Shown: positions 15,589 through 23,088 of the stretch, piece after piece
How positions within the stretch are numbered: the first letter of the stretch is position 1
Layout of the letters: every line of letters begins with the position of its first letter
Assembly: GCA_964606385.1 (NCBI GenBank)
Contig: CAZSFZ010000009.1
Span: forward strand, 5,762-69,761
From: an uncultured bacterium
GTDB lineage: Bacteria > Omnitrophota > Omnitrophia > Omnitrophales > Aquincolibacteriaceae
Direction of reading: 5' to 3'
DNA length: 64,000 bases
Program-made: the position numbers and the translations under genes
The notes under the pieces: generated by a model
What the model saw: the letters and a program-made list of their open reading frames with translations, nothing else
What the model was told of the DNA's origin: nothing
Databases searched by the model: none

Positions 15589-17040
15589 ATGAAATTTGAA
15601 CCAGTCATCGGACTAGAAGTCCACGTGCAATTAAAAACAAAGTCAAAACTGTTCTGCTCGTGCTCGACGGAATTTGGGGCGGAGGGGAATAGCCACACAT
15701 GTCCCGTGTGCCTCGGCTGGCCGGGGTCGCTTCCGGTGGTGAATGAGACGGCGCTGAAGCTCGGGATCAAGGCTGGGCTCGCGCTCAACTGTAAAGTGGC
15801 GGAGCGCCTCAAGTTCGACCGGAAGAATTATTTCTATCCGGACCTTCCCAAGGCTTATCAGATCTCCCAGTACGATATGCCGGTGAATGGGAAGGGGTTT
15901 GTTGATGTTGAAACGAAAAGCGGGGAACGTGGAACGGGGAACGTGGAACGAAAGCGAATCGGGATCACGCGCGCACATTTGGAAGAAGATGCGGGAAAAC
16001 TTCTGCATGAAGGGATCTCGGACGGAAGCTTGGTCGATTACAACCGTGGCGGCGTGCCGCTCCTTGAGATCGTTTCTGAACCGGATATCCGCTCGCCCCA
16101 GGAAGCGTACGATTACCTTAGCGCGCTCAAAGCGATCTTGCAATACGTAGAAGTGAGCGACTGTGATATGGAAAAGGGAAGCCTCCGCTGCGACGCGAAC
16201 GTATCCGTACGGCCGGTCGGTCAGGAGAAATTCGGGACGAAAGTTGAGATCAAGAACCTGAACTCGTTCAAGATGGTGCAGAAAGCCATTCAGTACGAGA
16301 TCGAACGCCAGACGCGGGCGCTCGAGGACGGTGAAACGATCGTTCAGGAAACGCGGCTCTGGAATGACGCCAAGGGCACGACGTTCTCCATGCGTTCCAA
16401 AGAGGAAGCCCACGATTACCGTTATTTTCCGGACCCGGACCTTGTAGCGTTCACGCTTTCCAGAGAACTCGTGGACGGGATCAGGAAGACCCTGCCGGAA
16501 TTGCCGCTCGAGCGCGCGAAGCGGTTCATGAAAGATTACGGCCTTTCCGAATACGACGCTTATGTGCTGGTGCAGGAAAAGAAACTCGCGGAATATTTCG
16601 AGTCCTGCGTGCGCGAGGGCGCCGCGGCAAAGCTCGCGAGCAACTGGATCCAGAATGAACTTCTCGCGTTATTAAATGAGAAGAATATCGCGATCGAAAC
16701 ATGCCTTGTTTCTCCCCATGCGCTGGCCGGGTTGATCCGTCTTGTCGAGCAGGGGACGGTGAGCGGCAAGACTGCCAAGGATGTGCTTCAGGAAATGGCG
16801 GCCACGGGCAAAGCGGCCGACGTGATCGTCAAAGAAAAAGGTCTGACGCAAGTTTCGGATACCGGTCTGATCGAGAAAACGGTTGAGAAAGCGATCGCGG
16901 CGAATCCCACGGCGGTCGCGGAATTCAAAGCTGGGAAACAAAAAGCCTTGGGTGCGCTTGTAGGTTTCGTCATGAAAGAGACCGGAGGCAAGGCGAATCC
17001 GAAGCTTGTGAATGAAATACTCATTCAAAAGCTCGGCTAA
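15589..17040 (+). CDS. gatB: Glu-tRNA(Gln)/Asp-tRNA(Asn) amidotransferase subunit B
   Basis: 'MKFEPVIGLEVHVQL', 'KRIGITRAHLEEDAGK'. Contains an in-frame heptamer-repeat insertion at 15922-15950. Confidence 0.9.
   Translation: MKFEPVIGLEVHVQLKTKSKLFCSCSTEFGAEGNSHTCPVCLGWPGSLPVVNETALKLGIKAGLALNCKVAERLKFDRKNYFYPDLPKAYQISQYDMPVNGKGFVDVETKSGERGTGNVERKRIGITRAHLEEDAGKLLHEGISDGSLVDYNRGGVPLLEIVSEPDIRSPQEAYDYLSALKAILQYVEVSDCDMEKGSLRCDANVSVRPVGQEKFGTKVEIKNLNSFKMVQKAIQYEIERQTRALEDGETIVQETRLWNDAKGTTFSMRSKEEAHDYRYFPDPDLVAFTLSRELVDGIRKTLPELPLERAKRFMKDYGLSEYDAYVLVQEKKLAEYFESCVREGAAAKLASNWIQNELLALLNEKNIAIETCLVSPHALAGLIRLVEQGTVSGKTAKDVLQEMAATGKAADVIVKEKGLTQVSDTGLIEKTVEKAIAANPTAVAEFKAGKQKALGALVGFVMKETGGKANPKLVNEILIQKLG
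15922..15950. repeat. GGAACG heptamer array (4 units) embedded in-frame in gatB
   Basis: ggggaacgtggaacggggaacgtggaacg, read as 'GERGTGNVER'. Its 15-mer ggggaacgtggaacg is identical to copy A at the RND 3' end. Confidence 0.65.
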
Positions 17041-17125
17041 CGTGGAACGGCAAACGATGAACGCAAAAAAGAAAAATAATAAGCGTTTTCGTTCCCCGTT
17101 CCCCGTTCCCCGTTCCCCGTTTTTT
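17038..17125. repeat. GGAACGN/NCGTTCC heptamer-array palindromic element (copy C) with (CGTTCCC)x4 and a terminal T-run
   Basis: cgtggaacggcaaacgatgaacgc-A-rich loop-cgttttcgttccccgttccccgttccccgttccccgtttttt. Overlaps the gatB stop and the tsaD 5' end. Confidence 0.6.
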
Positions 17126-18124
17126 ACCCTCGGCATAGAAACATCGTGTGATGAAACCTCCTGTTCCGTTCTTAAGGATAAAGACACGATCCTTTCCAAT
17201 GTTGTTTCCTCGAGCCTTTTCCGGCACAAAAAATTCGGCGGTGTGGTGCCCGAGATCGCCTCGCGGCATTGCATGGAACAGATCCAGTGTGTTTTTGAGG
17301 AAGCACTTCGACAGGCTCAGTGCAAGGCGCGGGATTTGGATTTAATAGCGGTGACGCAGGGGCCGGGGCTCATCGGTTCGCTCCTCGTCGGCGTGTCGTT
17401 TGCCAAGGCGCTGGCTTATCAACTAGGCATCCCAATTGTTGGCGTCAATCATATGGAAGCGCACCTCGTGGCGAACTTCTTTGGCCAGCCGGAACCCAAG
17501 CGATATATCGGCCTGCTCGTGTCGGGCGGTCACACCATGCTGACGTTCTGTGAAAAAGGGAAGATCCATATTTTTGGCGAAACCGTGGATGACGCAGTTG
17601 GCGAGGCCTATGACAAAGTCGCTAAGATCATGGGCCTCAGTTATCCCGGAGGCCCCATCATCGACAAGTTCGCGAAGGAAGGAAATTCGCGGGCGTTCCA
17701 ATTCACAAAGCCGAAGCAGGACGACCGGTTCAGTTTCAGCTTCAGCGGCGTCAAGACCGCGGTGCTGTACCAATTCCACGACCCTAAAACGGGAAAGCCG
17801 AATCCCCAGGCGCCTTCTGTGAAAGATATGGCGGCGAGTTTTCAGCACGCGGTGATCGGGTGGCTTGTCGAAAAAGCGCTTGATGCCTGTGAATTTAAAC
17901 ACGCGGCTGATATCGTGGTCGGCGGCGGCGTCAGCGCAAATTCTTATTTGCGGGAAAAACTCACGCGCGAAGCGGCGGCGCAGGGGATCAAGGTCTGGTT
18001 CCCGCCGTTCGTCTTAAGCACGGACAACGCGGCGATGATCGCGCGGCGGGGATTTGAGCTTTACCAACAGGGAAAACGGTCGAAACTTAATATGACCGGA
18101 GATCCGGCACTACAAATAAAATAA
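17057..18124 (+). CDS. tsaD: tRNA N6-adenosine threonylcarbamoyltransferase
   Basis: 'LGIETSCDETSCSV', 'HMEAHL'. The only in-frame ATG (17057) puts 22 repeat-encoded residues (RFRSPFPVPRSPFF) before the conserved core, so the start is uncertain. Confidence 0.75.
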   Translation: MNAKKKNNKRFRSPFPVPRSPFFTLGIETSCDETSCSVLKDKDTILSNVVSSSLFRHKKFGGVVPEIASRHCMEQIQCVFEEALRQAQCKARDLDLIAVTQGPGLIGSLLVGVSFAKALAYQLGIPIVGVNHMEAHLVANFFGQPEPKRYIGLLVSGGHTMLTFCEKGKIHIFGETVDDAVGEAYDKVAKIMGLSYPGGPIIDKFAKEGNSRAFQFTKPKQDDRFSFSFSGVKTAVLYQFHDPKTGKPNPQAPSVKDMAASFQHAVIGWLVEKALDACEFKHAADIVVGGGVSANSYLREKLTREAAAQGIKVWFPPFVLSTDNAAMIARRGFELYQQGKRSKLNMTGDPALQIK

Positions 18125-18214
18125 GTATCAGCATGTCAGAGTATCAAAGTGTCACAACACAGAGCCTGATACTCTGACACCTTGACACTGTGACACGCAT
18201 TTAGGGGAGGTCTT

Positions 18215-18685
18215 ATGTGTTCTTTTATGGGATTGACGCTGCATGACATCGACAGCGTTACACGGCTTCTTGTTGCGACGGGGCTCGGCGCTCTGATCGG
18301 TTTGGAACGGGAATATAACGGCAAAGAGGCCGGTTTTAAGACCTACACGCTGGTTTGCCTGGGGTCCGCGCTCATGATGATCGTTTCGGCGGATATTTTC
18401 CTGATCTATAAGGGCCTTGCCGCGGTCGATCCTTCGCGCATCGCGGCCCAGGCGGTAACGGGCATCGGCTTTTTGGGCGCCGGTGCGATCATCCGTGACC
18501 AGCAGAAGGTCCGCGGGCTCACGACGGCGGCCGGCATCTGGGCTGTGTGCGGTGTCGGGTTGGCGTGCGGGATCGGACTTTATAAACCCGCGATCGCCGC
18601 GACGCTCCTGATCCTTGTTGTGCTGGTCCTTTTTCAGAAGTTTGAGAAAAAGATCCTTCCCAAAAAAGACCAGCATCCGCGCTAG
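18215..18685 (+). CDS. mgtC: MgtC/SapB-family membrane protein
   Basis: 'LGALIGLEREYNGKEAGFKTYTLVCLGSAL', 156 aa, ~5 TM. AGGGGAGG RBS. Confidence 0.75.
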   Translation: MCSFMGLTLHDIDSVTRLLVATGLGALIGLEREYNGKEAGFKTYTLVCLGSALMMIVSADIFLIYKGLAAVDPSRIAAQAVTGIGFLGAGAIIRDQQKVRGLTTAAGIWAVCGVGLACGIGLYKPAIAATLLILVVLVLFQKFEKKILPKKDQHPR

Positions 18686-18740
18686 AGCGGGGCATTCCAG
18701 GATTGACACCCTGAGGGCAACAAGCTAGAATCCGCTCCCT

Positions 18741-19613
18741 ATGAATAAGCTCAAGATCGCACTCCCTAAAGGCAGTTTGGAAGAAGCCACCTGTAATCTT
18801 TTTAAACGCGCCGGTTTCAAGATCAACGTAAGTTCGCGTTCCTACATCCCTTCCATCGATGACGCCGAGATCGAAGTGGTGCTTTTCCGCCCTCAGGAGA
18901 TGTCCCGCTACGTGGAAGACGGGATCGTGGATTGCGGTCTGACCGGGCATGACTGGGTCACGGAAAACAATTCTGATGTCGCCGAGCTCTGTGAACTCCA
19001 GTATTCCAAACGCACATCCAATCCCGTCCGATGGGTGCTGGCTGTGCACGAGTCCTCGCCCTTCAAGAGCGTCAAAGACCTGGACGGGAAAAAGGTCGTG
19101 ACCGAGCTCGTGGAGGTCACCAAGCGCTACCTCAAGAAGAACAAAGTGGACGCGGAAGTGGAATTTTCGTGGGGCGCCACGGAAGCCAAGCCGCCCCGTC
19201 TCGCGGACGCCATTGTCGAAGCGACGGAGACCGGTTCCAGCCTCCGCGCGAACAAGCTCAAGATCATCGATACCGTGATCGTTTCCATTCCGAAATTCAT
19301 CGCGAATAAGAAAAGTCTGAAAGATCCCTGGAAGAAGCAAAAAATGGAAACGCTCGTGATGCTCCTGGAAGGCGCGATGCGCGCTCAGGAAAAGGTCGGC
19401 CTCAAAATGAACGTTGAGAAGAAGAACCTCGAGAAAGTCCTGGCGCTTCTTCCGGCGATGAAAAAACCGACGATCGCGAATTTGACGGACAAGAACTGGC
19501 TCGATGTCGAAACGATCATCGACGAATCCGTGGTCCGCGAACTGATCCCAGCCCTCAAAAAAGCCGGCGCGTCGGGCATTATCGAATACCCGCTCAATAA
19601 AGTTATTCCCTAA
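18741..19613 (+). CDS. hisG: ATP phosphoribosyltransferase (long form)
   Basis: 'MNKLKIALPKGSL' start. 290 aa with C-terminal regulatory domain. Sigma-70-like promoter TTGACA-17-TAGAAT upstream. Confidence 0.85.
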   Translation: MNKLKIALPKGSLEEATCNLFKRAGFKINVSSRSYIPSIDDAEIEVVLFRPQEMSRYVEDGIVDCGLTGHDWVTENNSDVAELCELQYSKRTSNPVRWVLAVHESSPFKSVKDLDGKKVVTELVEVTKRYLKKNKVDAEVEFSWGATEAKPPRLADAIVEATETGSSLRANKLKIIDTVIVSIPKFIANKKSLKDPWKKQKMETLVMLLEGAMRAQEKVGLKMNVEKKNLEKVLALLPAMKKPTIANLTDKNWLDVETIIDESVVRELIPALKKAGASGIIEYPLNKVIP

Positions 19614-19637
19614 ACCAAGATCAAAGGAGTTCCATTC

Positions 19638-19736
19638 ATGCCTTGGGCTCGTAAACAGCGCAAGAAGAAGATGAACAAGCATAAGCGCAAGAAAAAACTG
19701 CGCCGGAACCGTCACAAGAAAAAAGACTGGTCCTAG
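19638..19736 (+). CDS. bS22-like (AURKAIP1/COX24-domain) small basic ribosomal protein, 32 aa
   Basis: MPWARKQRKKKMNKHKRKKKLRRNRHKKKDWS matches the 'KRRKRMxKKKHRKLLRRTR' pattern of bS22. AAAGGAG RBS 8 nt upstream. A terminator follows immediately. Confidence 0.5.
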   Translation: MPWARKQRKKKMNKHKRKKKLRRNRHKKKDWS

Positions 19737-19737
19737 C

Positions 19738-19761
19738 AAAATGCCGCTTTCGCGGCATTTT
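19738..19761 (+). terminator. Rho-independent terminator after the bS22-like ORF
   Basis: aaaatgccgc-tttc-gcggcatttt: perfect 10-bp stem (6 G/C base pairs plus A/T flanks) and a T-run. Confidence 0.6.
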
Positions 19762-19763
19762 GC

Positions 19764-19831
19764 GTGAAACGGGGAACGGTAAGCGGGAAACGCAATGTTT
19801 GGCGTTCCCCGTTGATCGTTTCCCGTTTTTT
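19764..19831. repeat. GGAACGN/NCGTTCC heptamer-array palindromic element (copy D)
   Basis: gtgaaacggggaacggtaagcgggaaacgc-aatgtttgg-cgttccccgttgatcgtttcccgtttttt. Confidence 0.55.
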
Positions 19832-19871
19832 GCTTATAAAAAGGTCCTAACGGTCTTTCCGTGAAGGCATT

Positions 19872-20747
19872 ATGAAAGAAATCGTTCTTCAGAGTCCTGC
19901 CAAGCTGAACCTGCACCTGCGCATCCTCGGGAAGCGCCCGGACGGGTACCATGAGCTCCTGACGCTTTTTCACCGCATTTCGCTCGTGGACACGATCGTG
20001 ATCCGTAGGCGTCCCGCGGGTTTCAATCTCGCCACGAATCTTCCTTCCCTGGAAACGGGAGAGGGGAATCTCATTACCAAGGCCTATCGCCTGCTTCAGG
20101 CTAAATTCCCAAGTTTGGGCGGGGTCTCCGTGAGGCTAACCAAGCGTATTCCCCTGGGCGGCGGGCTCGGCGGGGGGTCCAGCAACGCGGCGCATTTCCT
20201 GCTGGGGATGAAGAAACTTTTTGGCCTTAAGATCTCCCCAAAAGAGCTTTTAGCTATGGGGAAGAAGCTGGGCGCGGATGTTCCTTTTTTCCTTCTGGAG
20301 GCCCGGCAGGCCATGGCGTGGGGGATCGGGGAGAAGCTCCGCAAGGTGCCCTGCAAGCGCCGGCTCGGGTTCCTGTTGCTTGTGACCCATCAAGGACTTA
20401 ACACGAAAAAAGTGTACCAAAAACTCGCCTGGAAGGGCCGGCCCCTTTCCTTGACAAAGGAGATGCGTATTGCTAAAATTCTGCGCTTTTCTCTTGAAAG
20501 CAAGAGGATCCGGGAAGCGGCATCCTGCGCGCGGAATGACCTGGAAAGACCGGCGTTTTGCATGATGCCGGCCGTTCCGAAAGCCATCAAGGCCCTCAGG
20601 GGCTTGGGCGCGCCTTTCGTTCTGATGAGCGGGAGCGGGGCCACGGTCTTCGCAGCGTTCTCCAGCCGGAAAGAAGCATTCGACCTATCGAAGAGATTGA
20701 AAGCAGTTCCCTTTCCTTTTCGCAAGGTGATTTGTCACTCATACTAG
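19872..20747 (+). CDS. ispE: 4-diphosphocytidyl-2-C-methyl-D-erythritol kinase
   Basis: 'PAKLNLHLRI..KRPDGYHEL', 'PLGGGLGGGSSNAA' GHMP-kinase motifs. Confidence 0.85.
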   Translation: MKEIVLQSPAKLNLHLRILGKRPDGYHELLTLFHRISLVDTIVIRRRPAGFNLATNLPSLETGEGNLITKAYRLLQAKFPSLGGVSVRLTKRIPLGGGLGGGSSNAAHFLLGMKKLFGLKISPKELLAMGKKLGADVPFFLLEARQAMAWGIGEKLRKVPCKRRLGFLLLVTHQGLNTKKVYQKLAWKGRPLSLTKEMRIAKILRFSLESKRIREAASCARNDLERPAFCMMPAVPKAIKALRGLGAPFVLMSGSGATVFAAFSSRKEAFDLSKRLKAVPFPFRKVICHSY

Positions 20748-20773
20748 TGGTACATAAGATTTGAGGTCGGGAA

Positions 20774-21082
20774 GTGAAGATCACGGAAATTCGCGTTTTT
20801 CCCCAAGCGAATAAAGAAAACAAATTGTGTGCCTTCGCCAATATCACGTTCGACGATTGTTTCGTGGTGCGCGGGCTTAAGGTGCTCGAGGGGTCGAAAG
20901 GCCTGTTCGTGGTGATGCCGTCGCGCAAGGTCAAGGGCGACGATTACCGGGACATCGCGCATCCCATTACGGCGGAGTTCAAGGATTACATCCAGGCAGA
21001 GGTCCTGAAGGCTTACGAGCTGTTCATCGAACATCAGCCCCAGGCGCATGCTCTTAGCGATGATGATCCTTACGAGCGCTGA
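20774..21082 (+). CDS. spoVG: Septation protein SpoVG
   Basis: 'MKITEIRVFP...KLCAFANITFDDCFVVRGLKVLEGSKGLFVVMPSRK' is almost invariant in SpoVG. Confidence 0.85.
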   Translation: MKITEIRVFPQANKENKLCAFANITFDDCFVVRGLKVLEGSKGLFVVMPSRKVKGDDYRDIAHPITAEFKDYIQAEVLKAYELFIEHQPQAHALSDDDPYER

Positions 21083-21103
21083 TTTTTGCAGTAGATAGAT
21101 TAT

Positions 21104-21174
21104 TGCCCCGTGGTGAAATGGTATCACACTGCCCTTTGGAGGCAAGGTTCCTGGTTCGAGCCCAGGCGGGGCAG
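21104..21174 (+). tRNA. tRNA-Gln (anticodon UUG)
   Basis: Hand-folded cloverleaf. 7-bp acceptor tgccccg/cggggca with U1:A72 and discriminator G73 (GlnRS identity elements). D-stem gtga/tcac. Anticodon loop ctTTGga. T-arm cctgg-ttcgagc-ccagg. CCA is not encoded. Confidence 0.7.
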
Positions 21175-21200
21175 AATTAAAATTCGGGATAAATAAAAAT

Positions 21201-22112
21201 ATGCTGAACGGACTCAAAGACAAAACGAAGGAAACGATCGCGGCGTACGGGTTCCTTTTGCCGAACCTGCTCGGGTTCCTTCTTTTTACGTCGATCCCGG
21301 TGCTCGCGTCGCTCGGCCTGAGTTTCGTGAAATGGGATCTTTTGTCCGACGGCCCGCAATTCGCGGGGCTCGCGAACTTTACGGAGCTTCTCAAAGATCC
21401 GTTTTTCGGGAAATATTGCTGGAACACGCTGGTGCTGATGGCGGCGATCCCGATCAGCATGGCGGGTTCGCTCTTGCTGGCGATCGCGCTCAACCAGAAG
21501 CTCAAGGGCACGGTCATTTTCAGGACGGTCTATTTTCTCCCCACGATCTGTTCGGGGGTCGCGATCTTCATGCTCTGGCGCCTGATCTATAATCCCAATT
21601 TTGGCCTCCTGAATTCCATGATCGCCGAATTCGGGAATATGCTGGGCTTGCACCTCGTGGGGCCGAACTGGCTCACGGACGAGGCGTGGGCGAAGCCGGC
21701 TTTTATCATTATGAGCGTGTGGCAATCGATCGGCGGGTACAACATGATCCTTTATCTCGCGGCGCTGCAGGGCGTTCCGCGCGATCTTTATGACGCCGCC
21801 GAAGTGGACGGTGCCAACAACTGGCAGAAGTTCTGGAACGTGACGTGGCCGCAAATTTCGCCGACGACTTTTTTTATCGCGACCATGAGCCTGATCGGCG
21901 GGTTCCAGGCCGGGTTCGATCAGGCCTACATCATGACGGGCGGCGGGCCGAACGGTTCGACGACAACGATCATTTACTACATTTTCAATAACGCGTTCGA
22001 ATGGTACCGCATGGGATACGCCGCGGCGATCTCGTGGGTGCTCTTCCTGATCATCTTCGCGGTGACGGTCGTGAAGTGGCGTTTCTTCGGAAAAGCCGTT
22101 CACTACACTTAA
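21201..22112 (+). CDS. Sugar ABC transporter permease (MalF/UgpA-like, CUT1)
   Basis: 6-TM permease with EAA-type loop 'AAEVDGANNWQKFWNVTWPQ'. Confidence 0.8.
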   Translation: MLNGLKDKTKETIAAYGFLLPNLLGFLLFTSIPVLASLGLSFVKWDLLSDGPQFAGLANFTELLKDPFFGKYCWNTLVLMAAIPISMAGSLLLAIALNQKLKGTVIFRTVYFLPTICSGVAIFMLWRLIYNPNFGLLNSMIAEFGNMLGLHLVGPNWLTDEAWAKPAFIIMSVWQSIGGYNMILYLAALQGVPRDLYDAAEVDGANNWQKFWNVTWPQISPTTFFIATMSLIGGFQAGFDQAYIMTGGGPNGSTTTIIYYIFNNAFEWYRMGYAAAISWVLFLIIFAVTVVKWRFFGKAVHYT

Positions 22113-22121
22113 GAGAGACCT

Positions 22122-23084
22122 ATGGGCACGCATATTGATCAGATGATCCAGGAGGAGATGAAGCAGGAGATCGCGGCTTCCGTTTCCCGGTCGAAATCGA
22201 AAAAGAAAAAACCTGTCAAGGTCGTGACCGAGCTCAAGGAAAAATCGCCCCTGAAAAGGAAAATGCAGCGCGGGCTGCTCTTTCTCGCGCTTTGTGTAGG
22301 CGCGGTCAGCATGGCGGCACCGTTCCTCTGGATGGTCTCGACCTCGCTTTCCGAAGCGGGGCAGGTTTTCTCGGAGAACCGTCCGTGGTGGCAGGAATGG
22401 CTGCCGGCGAGTTTCGTGTGGCAGAATTATGTGAAGGTGTGGTCGGTCGTTCCGTTCGCGAAGTTCTATCTGAATTCCATCTTTGTGAGCCTTTGTATCA
22501 CGTTCGGGCAGGTCGCCACGAGCGCGATGGCGGCCTACGCGTTCGCGCGCCTGAATTTTCCCGGACGCGACAGGATCTTTTTCGGTTATCTTGCGACCAT
22601 GATGATTCCGGGAGCGGTCACGATGATCCCGGTGTTCATCCTGCTCCGGCATTTCGGGTGGATCGATTCGTACAAGGCCCTGATCCTTCCGGGGATCTTT
22701 ACGGCGTACGGGACGTTCATGCTCCGGCAGTTCTTTCTCACGCTGCCGAAGGACCTGGAGGATGCGGCGAAGATCGACGGGTGTTCGTACGTCCGGATCT
22801 TCTGGCACATCATCCTGCCGCTTTCAAAGCCGGCGCTTGCGACGCTTACGACTTTTACGTTCATGGGGTCCTGGATGAACCTGATGTGGCCTCTGATCGT
22901 GGTGAACACACACACGAAATACACGCTGCCGGTCGGCTTGGCTTATTTTCAGGGCGTGCACGGGACGGATTGGACGCTCCTCATGGCGGCATCGATGATG
23001 ATGATCCTGCCGATCCTGATCGTGTTCCTGTTCAATCAGCGTTTCTTCGTCGAAGGTATCAAACTGACCGGGATCAAAGGATAA
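22122..23084 (+). CDS. Sugar ABC transporter permease (MalG/UgpE-like, CUT1)
   Basis: 'DAAKIDGCSYVRIFWHIILPLSKPAL' EAA loop. The Lys-rich N-terminal ~45 aa may be an over-extension. Confidence 0.8.
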   Translation: MGTHIDQMIQEEMKQEIAASVSRSKSKKKKPVKVVTELKEKSPLKRKMQRGLLFLALCVGAVSMAAPFLWMVSTSLSEAGQVFSENRPWWQEWLPASFVWQNYVKVWSVVPFAKFYLNSIFVSLCITFGQVATSAMAAYAFARLNFPGRDRIFFGYLATMMIPGAVTMIPVFILLRHFGWIDSYKALILPGIFTAYGTFMLRQFFLTLPKDLEDAAKIDGCSYVRIFWHIILPLSKPALATLTTFTFMGSWMNLMWPLIVVNTHTKYTLPVGLAYFQGVHGTDWTLLMAASMMMILPILIVFLFNQRFFVEGIKLTGIKG

Positions 23085-23088
23085 GATC

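Noticed and set aside
15922-15950. CRISPR array interpretation of the GGAACG repeats
   Set aside because: Units are 7 nt, arranged as inverted arrays with no unique spacers and no cas genes. They are not CRISPR.
18125-18214. M-box (ykoK) Mg2+ riboswitch upstream of mgtC
   Set aside because: The leader is only ~90 nt; M-box aptamers need ~160 nt, and no conserved M-box core could be recognised by eye.
21177-22808. Long antisense ORFs opposite well-supported genes (e.g. 21177-22808 -, 23191-25290 -, 18519-19973 -, 8829-9908 -, 9948-11099 -, 36294-37922 -, 45961-47463 -, 48226-50064 -)
   Set aside because: They are typical high-GC artefacts. Products are Arg/Pro/Asp-rich low-complexity. There are no RBS signals. 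Each lies entirely opposite a gene with strong family signatures.
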